Part shown: positions 18,930 to 29,550 of the stretch, in pieces | Layout: each line of letters starts with the position of its first letter | How positions within the stretch are numbered: position 1 is the stretch's first letter | Origin: an uncultured Gammaproteobacteria bacterium | GTDB taxonomy: Bacteria; Pseudomonadota; Gammaproteobacteria; Pseudomonadales; JAHEGP01 | Length of the DNA: 64,000 nt | NCBI GenBank assembly: GCA_963722805.1 | Contig: CAVROQ010000012.1 | Coordinates: 280,047-344,046, forward strand | Direction: 5' to 3' | The notes under the pieces: model-generated | The model's database searches: none | What the model was told of the DNA's origin: nothing | Seen by the model: the letters and a program-made list of their open reading frames with translations, nothing else | Position numbers and translations under genes: made by a program

Positions 18930-20565
18930 CTATTCCCAGACCACGGGGCCTTCGCCCATTCGAGCATTAACCAGGTCCGCGTAATGCCGCTCGATATCAT
19001 GGCGCTTTAACTTCATGGTCGGCGTTAGCAAGCTATTGTCGATCGACCATTCATCGTTAACGATAAACAATTGCGCAATGCGCTCATGCCCGGGCAGCTG
19101 GGCGTTAATAGTGTCCAGCTCTCGCAATAATTCCTGTTCCAGCCTGTTCCGTTTTTTGGCCCACCCTAGAGTCGTTAAATTAAGCAATGCCATAGGTTGG
19201 TCCATGCCGTGTCCGAACACCATTATTTGGTCGACGTCAGCAACTGCTGCAAAGCGGTCCTCAAGCGCGGTGGGTTTAACGAACTTACCCTTGGTGGTTT
19301 TAAATACCTCGCTGATGCGCCCGGTAACCCAGAGGTTGCCGTTTTTATCAAAGCGCCCACTATCCCCGGTGTGATACCAGCCATCCACCAACACTTCGGC
19401 GGTTTTTTCCGGTTCCCTGTAATAGCCCTTCATCAAGCCATCACTTTTGAAACAGATCTCGCCCGCATCGGTTATCTTGATAGCGACTCCCTCACCGGGC
19501 TTGCCGACACAACCAGGCTCTGGAATACCGTCGGAATAATTGGCACCATCAATAAAATTTTCGGTCATCCCGTAGCCGTCGCGCAGCAGTATGCCCATGT
19601 CGATAAACCACTGTTGCACCTCTTTCGGCGTTGGCGCGGATCCGGTAATAATGACTTTGGCCTGATCCAATCCAAGGTGTGCCCGCACAAAGGCTTTTTC
19701 GTCTTCGCCAAAGGTGGCCTGCACCGGCGGCGGAAAATGCGCATCTATCGCTTCTTTAAATCGTACCCACAAGCGTGGCACCGAGAAAAACATGGTGGGT
19801 TTAACGGCTCGCATCTCGTCGGCGAAAGGTATCGAGTCCCTGGGAGAAAGACACGGTGGGGTTGGTGTACAGTGCCAGCATTTCTATCAATATCCTCTCT
19901 GCCGCATGCGCCAGTGGCAGATAGGAAAAAAAACGCTCGCGCTCGCCATCTTTACCAAATTGTTTCATCAAAGTCATTGCCCGTGGCATCACCTTTGCCG
20001 GGGTGCCATGGGTGTGCATGACACCCTTGGGGCGCCCGGTGGTGCCGGAGGTATAGAGCAGGGTAAAGAGTTCATCCTGATCGGGAACCGGTGATTCCTC
20101 ATAGGGCGGATAGCTGGCGATAATATCCGCAAGCCTGGTGTCGCAGGATACGCTGCAGCCGCGCATAGCCACCCGTTTAACCCCCGGCGGGATCATTGCA
20201 TCGACTTCCCCGGCCCGGTTAAACGGCCCCAGGAAAATCATTTGCGCTTCACTGTGCTCGAGAATATAGCGCCCGGATTCAACATCCTGCCCGGGATACA
20301 ATGGCACGCTCACATGCCCGCCCAGCATTATCGCCAGGTCGACCACAAACCAGTCAACACTATTGGATGACAGTAGCGCAATACGACTGCCTGCCGGATA
20401 GTCCTGTTTGACGATAAAGGCAGCGAGGCTGCGTACCTGCTGGGCAAATTGCCGCCAGGTATATTCATGCCAATGCAAATTGTTGGCCTGGCGCAGAAAA
20501 ATATCCTGGGGCGTGGCGCGCTCCCAATGGTAAAACATCTCCAGGGGCGTTTTTAATGCGCTCAT
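18930..20565 (-). pseudogene. Long-chain acyl-CoA synthetase (AMP-dependent ligase) split by a single frameshift
   Basis: The N-terminal ORF (19801-20565) carries LLYTSGTTGRPKGVMHTHG. The C-terminal ORF (18930-19814) carries FFSVPRLW, GYGMTE, WYHTGD and TPTMKLKR. The two frames abut at 19801-19835, where a 1-nt change would fuse ...GLDTF with ADEMRAVKPT. Confidence 0.75.
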
Positions 20566-20764
20566 TGTCGGGTTCCGCTGATTAATTGTTATGGCTAGCC
20601 CAAGTGGGCGCCTGGCGCCGCTGCCCGCAGAACCAGGCTCTGACGCGTTTTACAACCGCTTAATTCAATGGTCGCCAGGGGAGGCGCTTGCGGCGACCGT
20701 GCCTTGCGCGCGACCACGTCAAGCCTGGCCAGGCAGACCAGCACGGTGCACCAACAATAGCGCT

Positions 20765-22996
20765 TTAGGCGAAGCTTGGGGTTATAGCGAACGATAAAAG
20801 CGGTCTCAAGCGCTCAATTGCTGCTTCAATTTTCGCCGGTAGGCGTGCAAGTAGCGGCTCGGTGTAGCCGCTGGGCTGCTCCATACCCTTAAACACCAGG
20901 TCCCTGGCCGCGGCAAAAGCAAGGCCATCGAAAGCTGGTCCCATCGGCGTATAACCCGGGTCGCCGCCATTCTGCTCATCGACCACCAGCGCCATTCGGC
21001 GCAGGGTATCTTCGACCTGCGCCGCGGTGCAAACGCCGTGCTCCAGCCAGTTGGCAATATGCTGGCTTGAAATCCGCAGCGTAGCGCGATCCTCCATCAG
21101 GCCGACATGGTTAATGTCGGGGACTTTGGAGCAACCCACACCCTGGTTGACCCAACGCACGACGTAACCGAGGATACCCTGGGCATTGTTTTCAAGCTCA
21201 GCAGCAATTGTGGCCTCATTGAGAGATTGAGAGGCGGGTTGCAGCGGAATCGTCAGAATCGCATCAATACTGGCCGGTTCGCGCCGCTTCAGCTCGTCCT
21301 GGCGCTCAAATACATTGACCCGGTGATAGTGAATACTGTGCAGGGTCGCACCGTTGGGGGAGGGCACCCAGGCGGTGTTTGCACCGGCCATGGGATGGGC
21401 GATTTTTTGCTCCAGCATAGCCGCCATTTCGTCGGGCATGGCCCACATACCTTTGCCTATCTGCGCCTTTCCCTGCAGGCCGCAGGCGAGGCCGATATCA
21501 ACATTCGAGTCTTCATAGGCATGAATCCACGGCTGCTGTTTCATCTCGGTTTTGGGCACAAACGGCCCTGCCAGCATACTGGTGTGGATTTCGTCGCCGG
21601 TGCGGTCCAGAAAGCCGGTATTGATGAATACAATACGATCCCTGGCAGCGCGAATGCATGCTTTCAGGTTTATTGTGGTGCGGCGTTCCTCATCCATAAT
21701 GCCGACCTTGAGAGTGTTCGCGGCAAGGCCAAGGGCTGTTTCGATACGCGCAAATAGATCGCAGGTAAAGGTCACCTCATCGGGGCCATGCATTTTCGGC
21801 TTTACGATATAAACCGAACCGGTGCGACTATTCCCCTTGGCACCTGCCGCTGCATTGTCGCGTTGCAGGTCATGCATCGCCGCCAGCGCCGTGACCATAC
21901 CATCGAGAATACCCTCGGGAACCTCCTTGCCATGCTGATCCAGCACCGCGTTGTTGGTCATCAAATGGCCGACATTGCGCACGAACAGTAAACTGCGTCC
22001 GTGCAGCCGTACTTCACTGCCGTCGCCAGCGACGTAGATCCGATCGGGGTTCAAGGCCCGGGTCATGGATTTGCCACCCTTGACGAAGCTATCTTCCAGG
22101 GTGCCCTGCATCAGCCCAAGCCAATTGCGATATACTTCAACCTTATCGACATCATCGACCGCGGCTACCGAGTCCTCACAATCCATAATGGTGGTGATGG
22201 CCGCCTCGACCAGCAAATCCTTGATTCCCGCAGCGTCGGTGCTGCCGACAGGGCTTTCGCGATCAATCTGGATTTCGATATGCAGGCCATTGTTGCGCAG
22301 CAGCAGGGCTGAGGGCGCTGCCGCATCTCCCTGGTAACCCAGAAATTTCTCAGGCTGCTGTAACTGCGCCGGGGAACCGTCATCCAGGGTAACTTCCAGC
22401 TGGCCATCAATCACGCTGTAGAGCACCGCGCTGGCGTGGCTACCCTGGCTCAAGGGTGCCACCTGGTCAAGGTGCTCACGGGCGAACGCTATCACCCGCG
22501 CACCGCGCACTGGATTGTACTCAGATCCTTTTTCAGCGCCGTCACTTTCAGATATGGCATCGGTGCCATATAGAGCGTCGTAAAGGCTGCCCCAACGGGC
22601 GTTAGCTGCATTCAATGCGAAGCGGGCATTCTTCACCGGCACCACCAGCTGGGGGCCGGCCTGCTCGGCAATTTCAGTATCGACATTGTTGGTGCCTATG
22701 ACAAAGTCATCGCCTGCCGGCAGCAAGTATCCAATATCTTGCAGGAAAGCCTTGTAGGCAAGTGGGTCGATCTCCTTGCCCTGGTGCTGTCGATGCCAAG
22801 CGTCGATCTGCAGCTGCAAGTCGTCACGCACTGCCAGTAATTTCTGGTTGACCGGCCCCAGATCGTTGACGATGGACTCAAACTCACGCCAAAAATGGAT
22901 CGGATCAATGCCGGTGCCCGGGGCGCATTCCTGCTCAATGAATTGGTAAAGTGAGTTGGCTACCTGTAGGCCACCAATGCGAGTTCTCTCGGTCAT
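20765..22996 (-). CDS. glcB: Malate synthase G
   Basis: Length of about 740 aa. The N-terminus [38 protein letters not shown] and the IMDEERRTT catalytic region are characteristic of GlcB. The start is at ATG 22996. Confidence 0.9.
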   Translation of the reverse strand: MTERTRIGGLQVANSLYQFIEQECAPGTGIDPIHFWREFESIVNDLGPVNQKLLAVRDDLQLQIDAWHRQHQGKEIDPLAYKAFLQDIGYLLPAGDDFVIGTNNVDTEIAEQAGPQLVVPVKNARFALNAANARWGSLYDALYGTDAISESDGAEKGSEYNPVRGARVIAFAREHLDQVAPLSQGSHASAVLYSVIDGQLEVTLDDGSPAQLQQPEKFLGYQGDAAAPSALLLRNNGLHIEIQIDRESPVGSTDAAGIKDLLVEAAITTIMDCEDSVAAVDDVDKVEVYRNWLGLMQGTLEDSFVKGGKSMTRALNPDRIYVAGDGSEVRLHGRSLLFVRNVGHLMTNNAVLDQHGKEVPEGILDGMVTALAAMHDLQRDNAAAGAKGNSRTGSVYIVKPKMHGPDEVTFTCDLFARIETALGLAANTLKVGIMDEERRTTINLKACIRAARDRIVFINTGFLDRTGDEIHTSMLAGPFVPKTEMKQQPWIHAYEDSNVDIGLACGLQGKAQIGKGMWAMPDEMAAMLEQKIAHPMAGANTAWVPSPNGATLHSIHYHRVNVFERQDELKRREPASIDAILTIPLQPASQSLNEATIAAELENNAQGILGYVVRWVNQGVGCSKVPDINHVGLMEDRATLRISSQHIANWLEHGVCTAAQVEDTLRRMALVVDEQNGGDPGYTPMGPAFDGLAFAAARDLVFKGMEQPSGYTEPLLARLPAKIEAAIERLRPLLSFAITPSFA

Positions 22997-23136
22997 GTGA
23001 AGATACACCTTTGTCAGCTCATCGTAAAAAGCCGAGTCTATTGGTGCGGTGTGGCATGTTCAAGGTTTACTCTCCTTTTTTACAACATACCCACTATCAC
23101 GGTCGGCTATCGGGCCACCCTGCCATATTGCCACGG

Positions 23137-23242
23137 GGCATCCGGTCAGCGGGGGCGGAAGCCGCAAACAGGGGCCTCTGGCGCTTTTCAGAGCCTTCAC
23201 CAAAGGCTCCGCCGAGGTAGTACCTAATTGACCGGAGATGCC
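23137..23242. repeat. MITE-like palindromic element, medium copy (about 106 bp)
   Basis: The right end caccaaaggctccgccgaggtagtacctaattgaccggagatgcc matches the copy-1 right end at about 41 of 45 positions. The left end ggcatccggtca is the truncated inverted partner. The element lies in the divergent spacer between glcB and the ligase gene. Confidence 0.5.
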
Positions 23243-23280
23243 TTAAGCTGTGACAAACAGCTCTCCTGGCGGCCATCAGT

Positions 23281-24903
23281 TTGAACAAGCTCGATTTATC
23301 CAACCCCGCGGATCGCACCTTTGCAAAAATCCTCCGTAACCAGGCAGAGCAGGCCGGCGACAGTGTGTTTCTGCTGACCGACGACCAGAGCATCAGCTTC
23401 GCCGAGGCCGACGCACTGAGCGATGCCCTCGCCGGCGGCCTGCGCGCGATGGGCCTTAAAGCCGGCGATCGAATCGCCTTGTACCTGGGCAACAGACCGG
23501 AGACAGTGCTGTTGGCGCTAGCGGCGAATAAGCTGGGGGCAGTCTGGGTACCTATCAATACCGATTTTAAAGGCGCCTGGTTGCTGGATAGCCTGCAAAG
23601 AAGTCGATGCACCGTACTGGTGAGCGACCGCCGCCATGCCGGGCAGCTGGCGTCAATCAGAGCGCAGTTAAAGCTCGAGGGCTGGCTACTGGTGGCAGAA
23701 CCGGGCACAGCCCATGAGTTGCCGCCAGAAACCCGATTCTATGCCGATTTACTGTGCCATGCGCCCGCATCGCAGGAGCTGTCGCAACAAACCTATGGCG
23801 ATACCTGCGCCATACTCTGGACCTCTGGTACCACTGGCCGATCCAAGGGAGTGTTGCAAAGTTACAACAGCTGGATACGAGCTATCGTGGGCGGTGCCAG
23901 TCTGATGTACGACTCCCGCGAGGATGATCGGATCTACTGCATGCTGCCGCTGCACAATACCGCCGCCTGGGTAACCTGCGTCTTTCGAGCCTTGATCGAA
24001 GGCATTCCCTGCATCATCGAGGAGCGCTTCTCGGTAAGCAACTTCTGGCAGCGAGTGCGGCATTTCCAGGCCACCCAGACCTTTGCTATCGGCGCCATGG
24101 GTGTATTCCTGCTGAATGCCGAAGCCAGCGATGACGATGCCAACAATAGTCTCCGCGTTGCTCTTATCGTGCCCATACCACCCGGGCTCTGGTCAACGTT
24201 TGAGCAGCGCTTTGGGGTGCGGCTCTTGCGCTCGGGCTTTGGCCAAAGCGAATGCCAGATGATCTGCAACCAACTGCAAGAGCGTCCGGATGTGCCGGTC
24301 TACGCGCTTGGGTTTGGCCTTGATGACATTGAGCTGGGTGTATTTGACGAACAGGGAGCACAGCTTGCGAGCGGCGAGACAGGCGAGCTTTGTATTCGAC
24401 CGCTGCAACCGCACATTCTGTTCAATGGCTATTTCGACGACCCTGATGCGACCGCGGCTGCCTATCGCGGCGACTGGTACCTGAGCGGCGACCTGGTGCG
24501 CCAGGATCCTGCGACCGGTGCTTACTTTTTTGTGGACCGGAAAAGGGACGCGGTGCGGTTTGCAGGCCGCAATATTTCTACCCTCGAGGTAGAGGGCGTG
24601 GTGCGCCGCCATCCGGCTATTGCCGATGTTGCGGCTTTTGGTATTCCCACCGAGGAGTTGGCCAGCGAACAACACTTAAAGCTGAATATTGTACTCAAGC
24701 CAGGTTATACGACGTCTGCTGAGGCACTCTGCCAATTCATTAACGACAACGCGCCATACTACTTCGTGCCACGATTTATCGAATTTGTCGGTAAACTGCC
24801 TTACACAGCGACCAATAAAGTGCAAAAATACAAGCTCAGAGAGCAGGGTGTTGGGCCCCATACCTGGGACTTGCAACAATCCGACTATCAAGTGAAGCGC
24901 TGA
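23281..24903 (+). CDS. AMP-dependent acyl-CoA ligase (CaiC/FadD-like)
   Basis: ILWTSGTTGRSKGV, GQSE, WYLSGD and KVQKYKLRE motifs. The only in-frame start near the 5' end is TTG 23281. Confidence 0.85.
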   Translation: MNKLDLSNPADRTFAKILRNQAEQAGDSVFLLTDDQSISFAEADALSDALAGGLRAMGLKAGDRIALYLGNRPETVLLALAANKLGAVWVPINTDFKGAWLLDSLQRSRCTVLVSDRRHAGQLASIRAQLKLEGWLLVAEPGTAHELPPETRFYADLLCHAPASQELSQQTYGDTCAILWTSGTTGRSKGVLQSYNSWIRAIVGGASLMYDSREDDRIYCMLPLHNTAAWVTCVFRALIEGIPCIIEERFSVSNFWQRVRHFQATQTFAIGAMGVFLLNAEASDDDANNSLRVALIVPIPPGLWSTFEQRFGVRLLRSGFGQSECQMICNQLQERPDVPVYALGFGLDDIELGVFDEQGAQLASGETGELCIRPLQPHILFNGYFDDPDATAAAYRGDWYLSGDLVRQDPATGAYFFVDRKRDAVRFAGRNISTLEVEGVVRRHPAIADVAAFGIPTEELASEQHLKLNIVLKPGYTTSAEALCQFINDNAPYYFVPRFIEFVGKLPYTATNKVQKYKLREQGVGPHTWDLQQSDYQVKR

Positions 24904-24984
24904 TCAGGCAGCAAGTAGTGGTAAGTTTTCTCAACCCTGCCGCATACTGCCCAGGGCGATCACAACAGAATAAGGATAAATAAC

Positions 24985-25953
24985 ATGGCCGGAGGCAGCT
25001 TACTTCTCCTTTTGGATGACATCGCAGCACTGCTTGACGATGTCTCAGTGATGACCAAAGTCGCGGCAAAAAAAACTGCCGGGGTACTTGGCGACGATCT
25101 CGCCGTCAATGCAGAACAGGTAACCGGCGTTAAGCCAGACCGCGAACTGCCGGTGGTATGGGCGGTCGCCAAGGGTTCGTTTCGCAACAAGATGATCCTG
25201 GTGCCAGCTGCTTTGTTGGCCTCGGCGGTGGCCCCCTGGGCCATTACCCCAATTCTGATGTTAGGTGGCATTTACCTTTGCTATGAGGGCTTTGAAAAAA
25301 TAGTACACGGTTTTTTCAGGAAGCCTGACGACAAGTTGAAAGATCAAGCCCATCGTCAGGAATTGCTGTCAAATCCTTCCATCAACCCGGTGGAATCCGA
25401 AAAGGACAAGGTTAAGGGAGCCATTCGTACCGACTTTATCCTGTCGATAGAAATCATCGTTATCACCCTGGGGATCTTGGCCGAGAGCGATTTTCTCGTG
25501 CAAGTGGTGGTACTCTCAGGAGTGGCGGTGCTGATGACGGTGGGTGTTTACGGCGCTGTCGCAGGCATCGTCAAGCTCGATGACGCCGGTTTGTACTTGT
25601 CTAGAATACGTGGCCCCGGTGCCGTCAATAACTTTTTGCGTTGGTTCGGCTTGCGCTTGCTGGACTTTGCCCCCTTTCTGATGAAGTTCCTCACCTATGC
25701 CGGAACCGCCGCAATGTTTATGGTGGGTGGCGGCATTCTGGTTCATGGTATGCACGACATTGGCGCTAGCTTCGAGGCCGTTGCGCGGACGGTGACGGGC
25801 ATCGATGTGATCGGCCCGGCCTTTGGCACTATCACACCGTTGCTGCTCAATACCTTGTTCGGCGTGCTCGCGGGCGCAGTCACCTTGTTGGCCTCCAAAC
25901 CCATTGGCGCAGTGATCGGAAAATTCAGGAAGCAGCCCGATACCGGCGCCTAG
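24985..25953 (+). CDS. DUF808 family membrane protein (YedI-like)
   Basis: The N-terminus MAGGSLLLLLDDIAALLDDVSVMTKVAAKKTAGVLGDDLAVNAEQV closely resembles E. coli YedI as I recall it. Confidence 0.8.
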   Translation: MAGGSLLLLLDDIAALLDDVSVMTKVAAKKTAGVLGDDLAVNAEQVTGVKPDRELPVVWAVAKGSFRNKMILVPAALLASAVAPWAITPILMLGGIYLCYEGFEKIVHGFFRKPDDKLKDQAHRQELLSNPSINPVESEKDKVKGAIRTDFILSIEIIVITLGILAESDFLVQVVVLSGVAVLMTVGVYGAVAGIVKLDDAGLYLSRIRGPGAVNNFLRWFGLRLLDFAPFLMKFLTYAGTAAMFMVGGGILVHGMHDIGASFEAVARTVTGIDVIGPAFGTITPLLLNTLFGVLAGAVTLLASKPIGAVIGKFRKQPDTGA

Positions 25954-26373
25954 CACGACCTCTGCCGGGGGTGAGTTTGGTATCTCATCACGGCGCTCGT
26001 TGCAGCCGGTTCGCCAGCGAGCGGCGGGTCCGGGCCGTTAATTTTGCGAAGAAGTAGCGAGCCGCCAGGGGCGGCCGTCACAGACCGCGAAAAGCTGGCA
26101 GTCTGAATCACAGCCCCGGCAGGGTAGGCGCGGGGTGTCCCTCTGAGGCTTTTCCCTTTTGCCGGGTTCCCGGGGCTGTGGGGGTGGTATCGGGCTCATA
26201 AGCATTTCCTCTTGTTCAACGTTATGCCAGCAGTACGAGCATCACCCAATCATAGATCAACACCCCAGGCAAGAGTCGGCGGTTGCAAGCCTTGATCCGG
26301 CAAGTGCTTGCGCCCGTAGTTTATTACTGACTTATCCAGCTATCTTCTTGCAATCGCGACGACCGGAACGAAC

Positions 26374-26733
26374 ATGCAACAGGCGAAAGATATTTTGTAT
26401 TACGACGGCCAGTGCCCACTGTGCAATGCCGAAATGGCGAAACTGCGGCAATGTGCAGGTGACAGCCTCGAACTACAGGACATTCATCAGGTGCCGGAAG
26501 ACCCGGCACTACCGTCACGGGAGGAGTTGTTGCAAAGCCTGCACCTGCGCAGTGCAGAGGGAACTATGATCAGCGGTCTCGATGCGAACGTCGCCGCTTG
26601 GCAGCACACGCGCTTCGGCTGGTTGTGGAGAGTGCTGCGTTGGCCTCTGGTGAAACCCGTGGCAGACCGCTTGTACCAGGTTTGGGCGGGGATTCGCTAC
26701 CGCCGCCTGTACGACTCAGACAAACCATCATGA
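26374..26733 (+). CDS. DCC-family thiol-disulfide oxidoreductase (DUF393)
   Basis: ILYYDGQCPLCNAEM with the CxxC motif at the N-terminus and a length of about 120 aa. Confidence 0.8.
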   Translation: MQQAKDILYYDGQCPLCNAEMAKLRQCAGDSLELQDIHQVPEDPALPSREELLQSLHLRSAEGTMISGLDANVAAWQHTRFGWLWRVLRWPLVKPVADRLYQVWAGIRYRRLYDSDKPS

Positions 26734-27440
26734 TCGCACTGGTGGCTGGCGGCGCGGGAGGTATTGGAACTGCACTGGTGCAGGCGCTTGCCGACCGAGA
26801 CCAACTGGGGTGCGTGCATGCGACCTACCATCGCGGCGAGCCCAGCCTGCTTCACCCTAAAGTTCACTGGCACAGCACGGACCTGAGCAACGACCAGGCC
26901 GTCGCTGAGCTGATGACCCACATTGACGGTCCATTGGATTACCTGATCAATGCAGCCGGTGTGCTGCACGACGCGGAGGGCCGGCCGGAAAGAGCCGTCA
27001 GGCGCCTCGATCCCGATTTCTTTATGCACAATATGCGGGTCAATGCCCTGCCAACTCTTTTGCTGGCAAAGCATGCGGAAGGACTGCTTAAAGGCAGCAA
27101 ACAGGCGATATTCGCTACCGTTTCGGCCCGGGTCGGCTCCATTGAAGAGAATGGCCTGGGCGGGTGGGTGAGTTATCGTAGCTCTAAAGCGGCCCTCAAC
27201 ATGGCTCTTAAAACCCTGAGCATTGAATGGCGCCGAACATTGCCCCTGGTGGCGGTAGCGGCCCTGCATCCTGGCACCACGATTACGCCACTGTCAGCAC
27301 CGTTCAGGGGTGGCGTTGCCCCCGACAAGCTTTTTAGCCCGAGCCAGAGCGCTGCCTATATGCTGGCGGTCATCGACAAACTGAAGCCCGCAGATACGGG
27401 CCGTTTCTGGTCCTGGGACGGTAGTGAGTTACCATGGTAA
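26730..27440 (+). CDS. Short-chain dehydrogenase/reductase
   Basis: ALVAGGAGGIGTAL (NAD(P) site), NAAG and YRSSKAAL (catalytic YxxxK). ATG 26730 overlaps the upstream TGA as ATGA. The longer track ORF start is inside the upstream gene. Confidence 0.8.
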   Translation: MIALVAGGAGGIGTALVQALADRDQLGCVHATYHRGEPSLLHPKVHWHSTDLSNDQAVAELMTHIDGPLDYLINAAGVLHDAEGRPERAVRRLDPDFFMHNMRVNALPTLLLAKHAEGLLKGSKQAIFATVSARVGSIEENGLGGWVSYRSSKAALNMALKTLSIEWRRTLPLVAVAALHPGTTITPLSAPFRGGVAPDKLFSPSQSAAYMLAVIDKLKPADTGRFWSWDGSELPW

Positions 27441-27453
27441 ACCCACGAGGAGA

Positions 27454-28107
27454 ATGCCTGATATGCTGCTAAGCAGTGCTGAACTGGAACAAATGGAAAA
27501 GCGCTACCGGGCGAGCTTTATCAATTCGCTGGGAGGCTTCAAGTCAGCCAACCTGGTGGGTACTGCTGATAAAGCGGGCCATACCAACCTGGCGATCATG
27601 AGCTCTGCGGTGCATCTCGGCGCACATCCTCCCTTGCTGCTGTTGATCGTGCGTCCCGACGAGGCCGAGCGACACACCCTGGGCAATATTATCGAGACCG
27701 GGGTCTACAGTGTTAACCATGTGCATGAAAGTTTTATCAACGCGGCCCACCAGACTGCCGCACGCTACCCCAAAGATGTGTCGGAATTTGCCGCTACCGG
27801 CTTGACGCCACTTTGGCAGCCGGGCTTTGCCGCGCCGTTTGTGGCCGAGGCCACTATCAGACTTGGACTGGCGCTGCGCGAACACCAGCGCATGGCCATT
27901 AATGGCACTCACATTGTCATCGGCCAGATTACCTCGGTAATGGTGCCGGATGAATGCGTCGCGAGCGATGGCAGTGTTGATATCGCTCGGGCTGGAACGG
28001 TGGCGCTCAGCGGACTGGATAGCTATCATCGGCCGCAACCGCTGCGACGCATGGCCTACGCCAAGCCCGATAGCACTCCCGCTACCCTCGAACCCGGCGA
28101 GTCATAA
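27454..28107 (+). CDS. Flavin reductase-like (FMN-binding split-barrel) protein
   Basis: FINSLGGFKSANLVGT...NLAIMSSAVHLGAHPPLL pattern of the flavin-reductase-like domain. ATG 27454 is preceded by GAGGAG. Confidence 0.65.
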   Translation: MPDMLLSSAELEQMEKRYRASFINSLGGFKSANLVGTADKAGHTNLAIMSSAVHLGAHPPLLLLIVRPDEAERHTLGNIIETGVYSVNHVHESFINAAHQTAARYPKDVSEFAATGLTPLWQPGFAAPFVAEATIRLGLALREHQRMAINGTHIVIGQITSVMVPDECVASDGSVDIARAGTVALSGLDSYHRPQPLRRMAYAKPDSTPATLEPGES

Positions 28108-28119
28108 TCATTGCGATCC

Positions 28120-29010
28120 ATGACGCCTGAATTCCCGAGAAAACGTTTGCAACCAACAACCGTTGAAACCGCCCGACCAGACCTGGACACCCTCTACGAG
28201 CAATTGGAGGTGGTGTTGCGGCCTGCCAGACGATGGCTGGTGATAACCGGAGCAGGGCTTTCGGCAGCCTCGGGAATACCAACCTATCGGGATGACAACG
28301 GCAACTGGCTGCGCAGCGACCCCATTCAGCACCAGGACTTTATTCAGTCTGCAGCCAGTCGCCAGAGATATTGGGCACGCAGTATGATCGGTTGGCCCAC
28401 CGTGGCGCACGCCAAACCCAATATTGCGCACCAGGCGCTGGTCGATCTGGAAGCGCAGGGGCGGATTGCAATGCTGGTTACCCAGAATGTCGATCGGCTA
28501 CACCAAAATGCCGGCCAGCAACGGGTTATCGACCTTCACGGCCGCCTCGACCGGGTGCGCTGTCGAGCGTGCGGAAGGCTGGAATTGCGCAACAAAATTC
28601 AGCGCCAACTGCTGGCATTGAATCCCGGTTTTTATGTCCCTGCGGCCAATGCACGGCCCGACGGCGATGCCGATATCGATGCGACAACGCTGTCAGGATT
28701 CAGGATTCCAGCGTGCCAGTATTGCGACGGCGTGATCATGCCCGATGTGGTGTTTTTTGGTGGCAGCGTCGGGCGGCAAAGAGTGGCCCATATCAGCCGC
28801 ATGGTCGAAAGTGCCGACGCACTGCTGGTCGCCGGATCGTCGATGAAGGTGTTTTCGGGTTTCCGCTTTTGCCGCCTGGCAAAGCAGCTGGGCAAGCCCA
28901 TTGTGGTGGTGAATCGCGGCATCACTCGTACCGATGCCTTTGCCAGTGTCAAAGTGCCATTGGACTGTAGCGACGTATTAGGCCACCTGGCTGTCCGCCT
29001 TTCACAATAA
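28120..29010 (+). CDS. NAD-dependent protein deacylase (Sir2 family)
   Basis: VITGAGLSAASGIPTYRD, QNVDRLH and HG, with a Zn ribbon (CRACG...CQYCDG). I prefer ATG 28120 to the TTG at 28111. Confidence 0.85.
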   Translation: MTPEFPRKRLQPTTVETARPDLDTLYEQLEVVLRPARRWLVITGAGLSAASGIPTYRDDNGNWLRSDPIQHQDFIQSAASRQRYWARSMIGWPTVAHAKPNIAHQALVDLEAQGRIAMLVTQNVDRLHQNAGQQRVIDLHGRLDRVRCRACGRLELRNKIQRQLLALNPGFYVPAANARPDGDADIDATTLSGFRIPACQYCDGVIMPDVVFFGGSVGRQRVAHISRMVESADALLVAGSSMKVFSGFRFCRLAKQLGKPIVVVNRGITRTDAFASVKVPLDCSDVLGHLAVRLSQ

Positions 29011-29019
29011 ATCCAGTGG

Positions 29020-29550
29020 CTATAATAGCTTCTCTATCGCGTCCCGCAACTGCTCGCTCTCAGGCGTGACTCTACTTTCAAAATGCTCCACCACCTTACC
29101 GTTTCTATCCACCAGGTACTTGTTGAAGTTCCAACCCGGGGCCTGGGTCTGTTCGCTCAGTTGCCGGAATACAGGGTTCGCCGCCTCGCCGCGGACGTGA
29201 CTGGGCGCCAACATCGTAAAGCTCACGCCATTATTGACGAAGCAGATTTTGGCCGCTTTGGCCTCGTCCTTAGCTTCCTGGTTAAAATCGTTGCTGGAAA
29301 AGCCCACTACCACCAGTCCCTGCTCCTTGTATTCCTGGTGTAAGTCTTCCAGCCCCTTAAACTGTGAGGTAAAGCCGCAATGGCTGGCTGTATTCACGAT
29401 AAGCATGGGCTTGCCGGCAAAACTCTCGCACAGATTGATTGAGTCCTGGGAGTGCAATTTGCGCAGCGTTTGATCCAGGTAAGAGGGGCACTCGGCCCAC
29501 GCCAGCGGGTTCCACATGAGTGATGCTGCGAGCAGAGCCGCGATTTTCAT
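29020..29550 (-). CDS. Glutathione peroxidase with signal peptide
   Basis: NTASHCGFTSQFKGLEDLHQEY...VVGFSSNDFNQE and NFNKYLVDRNGKV. The N-terminal signal is MKIAALLAASLMWNPLAWA. Confidence 0.85.
   Translation of the reverse strand: MKIAALLAASLMWNPLAWAECPSYLDQTLRKLHSQDSINLCESFAGKPMLIVNTASHCGFTSQFKGLEDLHQEYKEQGLVVVGFSSNDFNQEAKDEAKAAKICFVNNGVSFTMLAPSHVRGEAANPVFRQLSEQTQAPGWNFNKYLVDRNGKVVEHFESRVTPESEQLRDAIEKLL

Noticed and set aside
23097-23708. 203-aa minus-strand ORF overlapping the start of the acyl-CoA ligase gene
   Set aside because: It is antisense to a well-supported AMP-ligase gene, has a Ser/Arg/Ala-rich composition and shows no motifs.
26109-26180. 11-bp inverted repeat cacagccccgg ... 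ccggggctgtg downstream of the DUF808 gene
   Set aside because: The arms are about 50 nt apart and have no clear relation to the MITE-like family or to a terminator. There is not enough structure to call.
28111-29010. Sir2-domain protein as a possible anti-phage (Thoeris/DSR-type) effector
   Set aside because: It is a short canonical sirtuin with a Zn ribbon and no fused sensor or effector domain. Its neighbours are redox housekeeping genes rather than defence partners.
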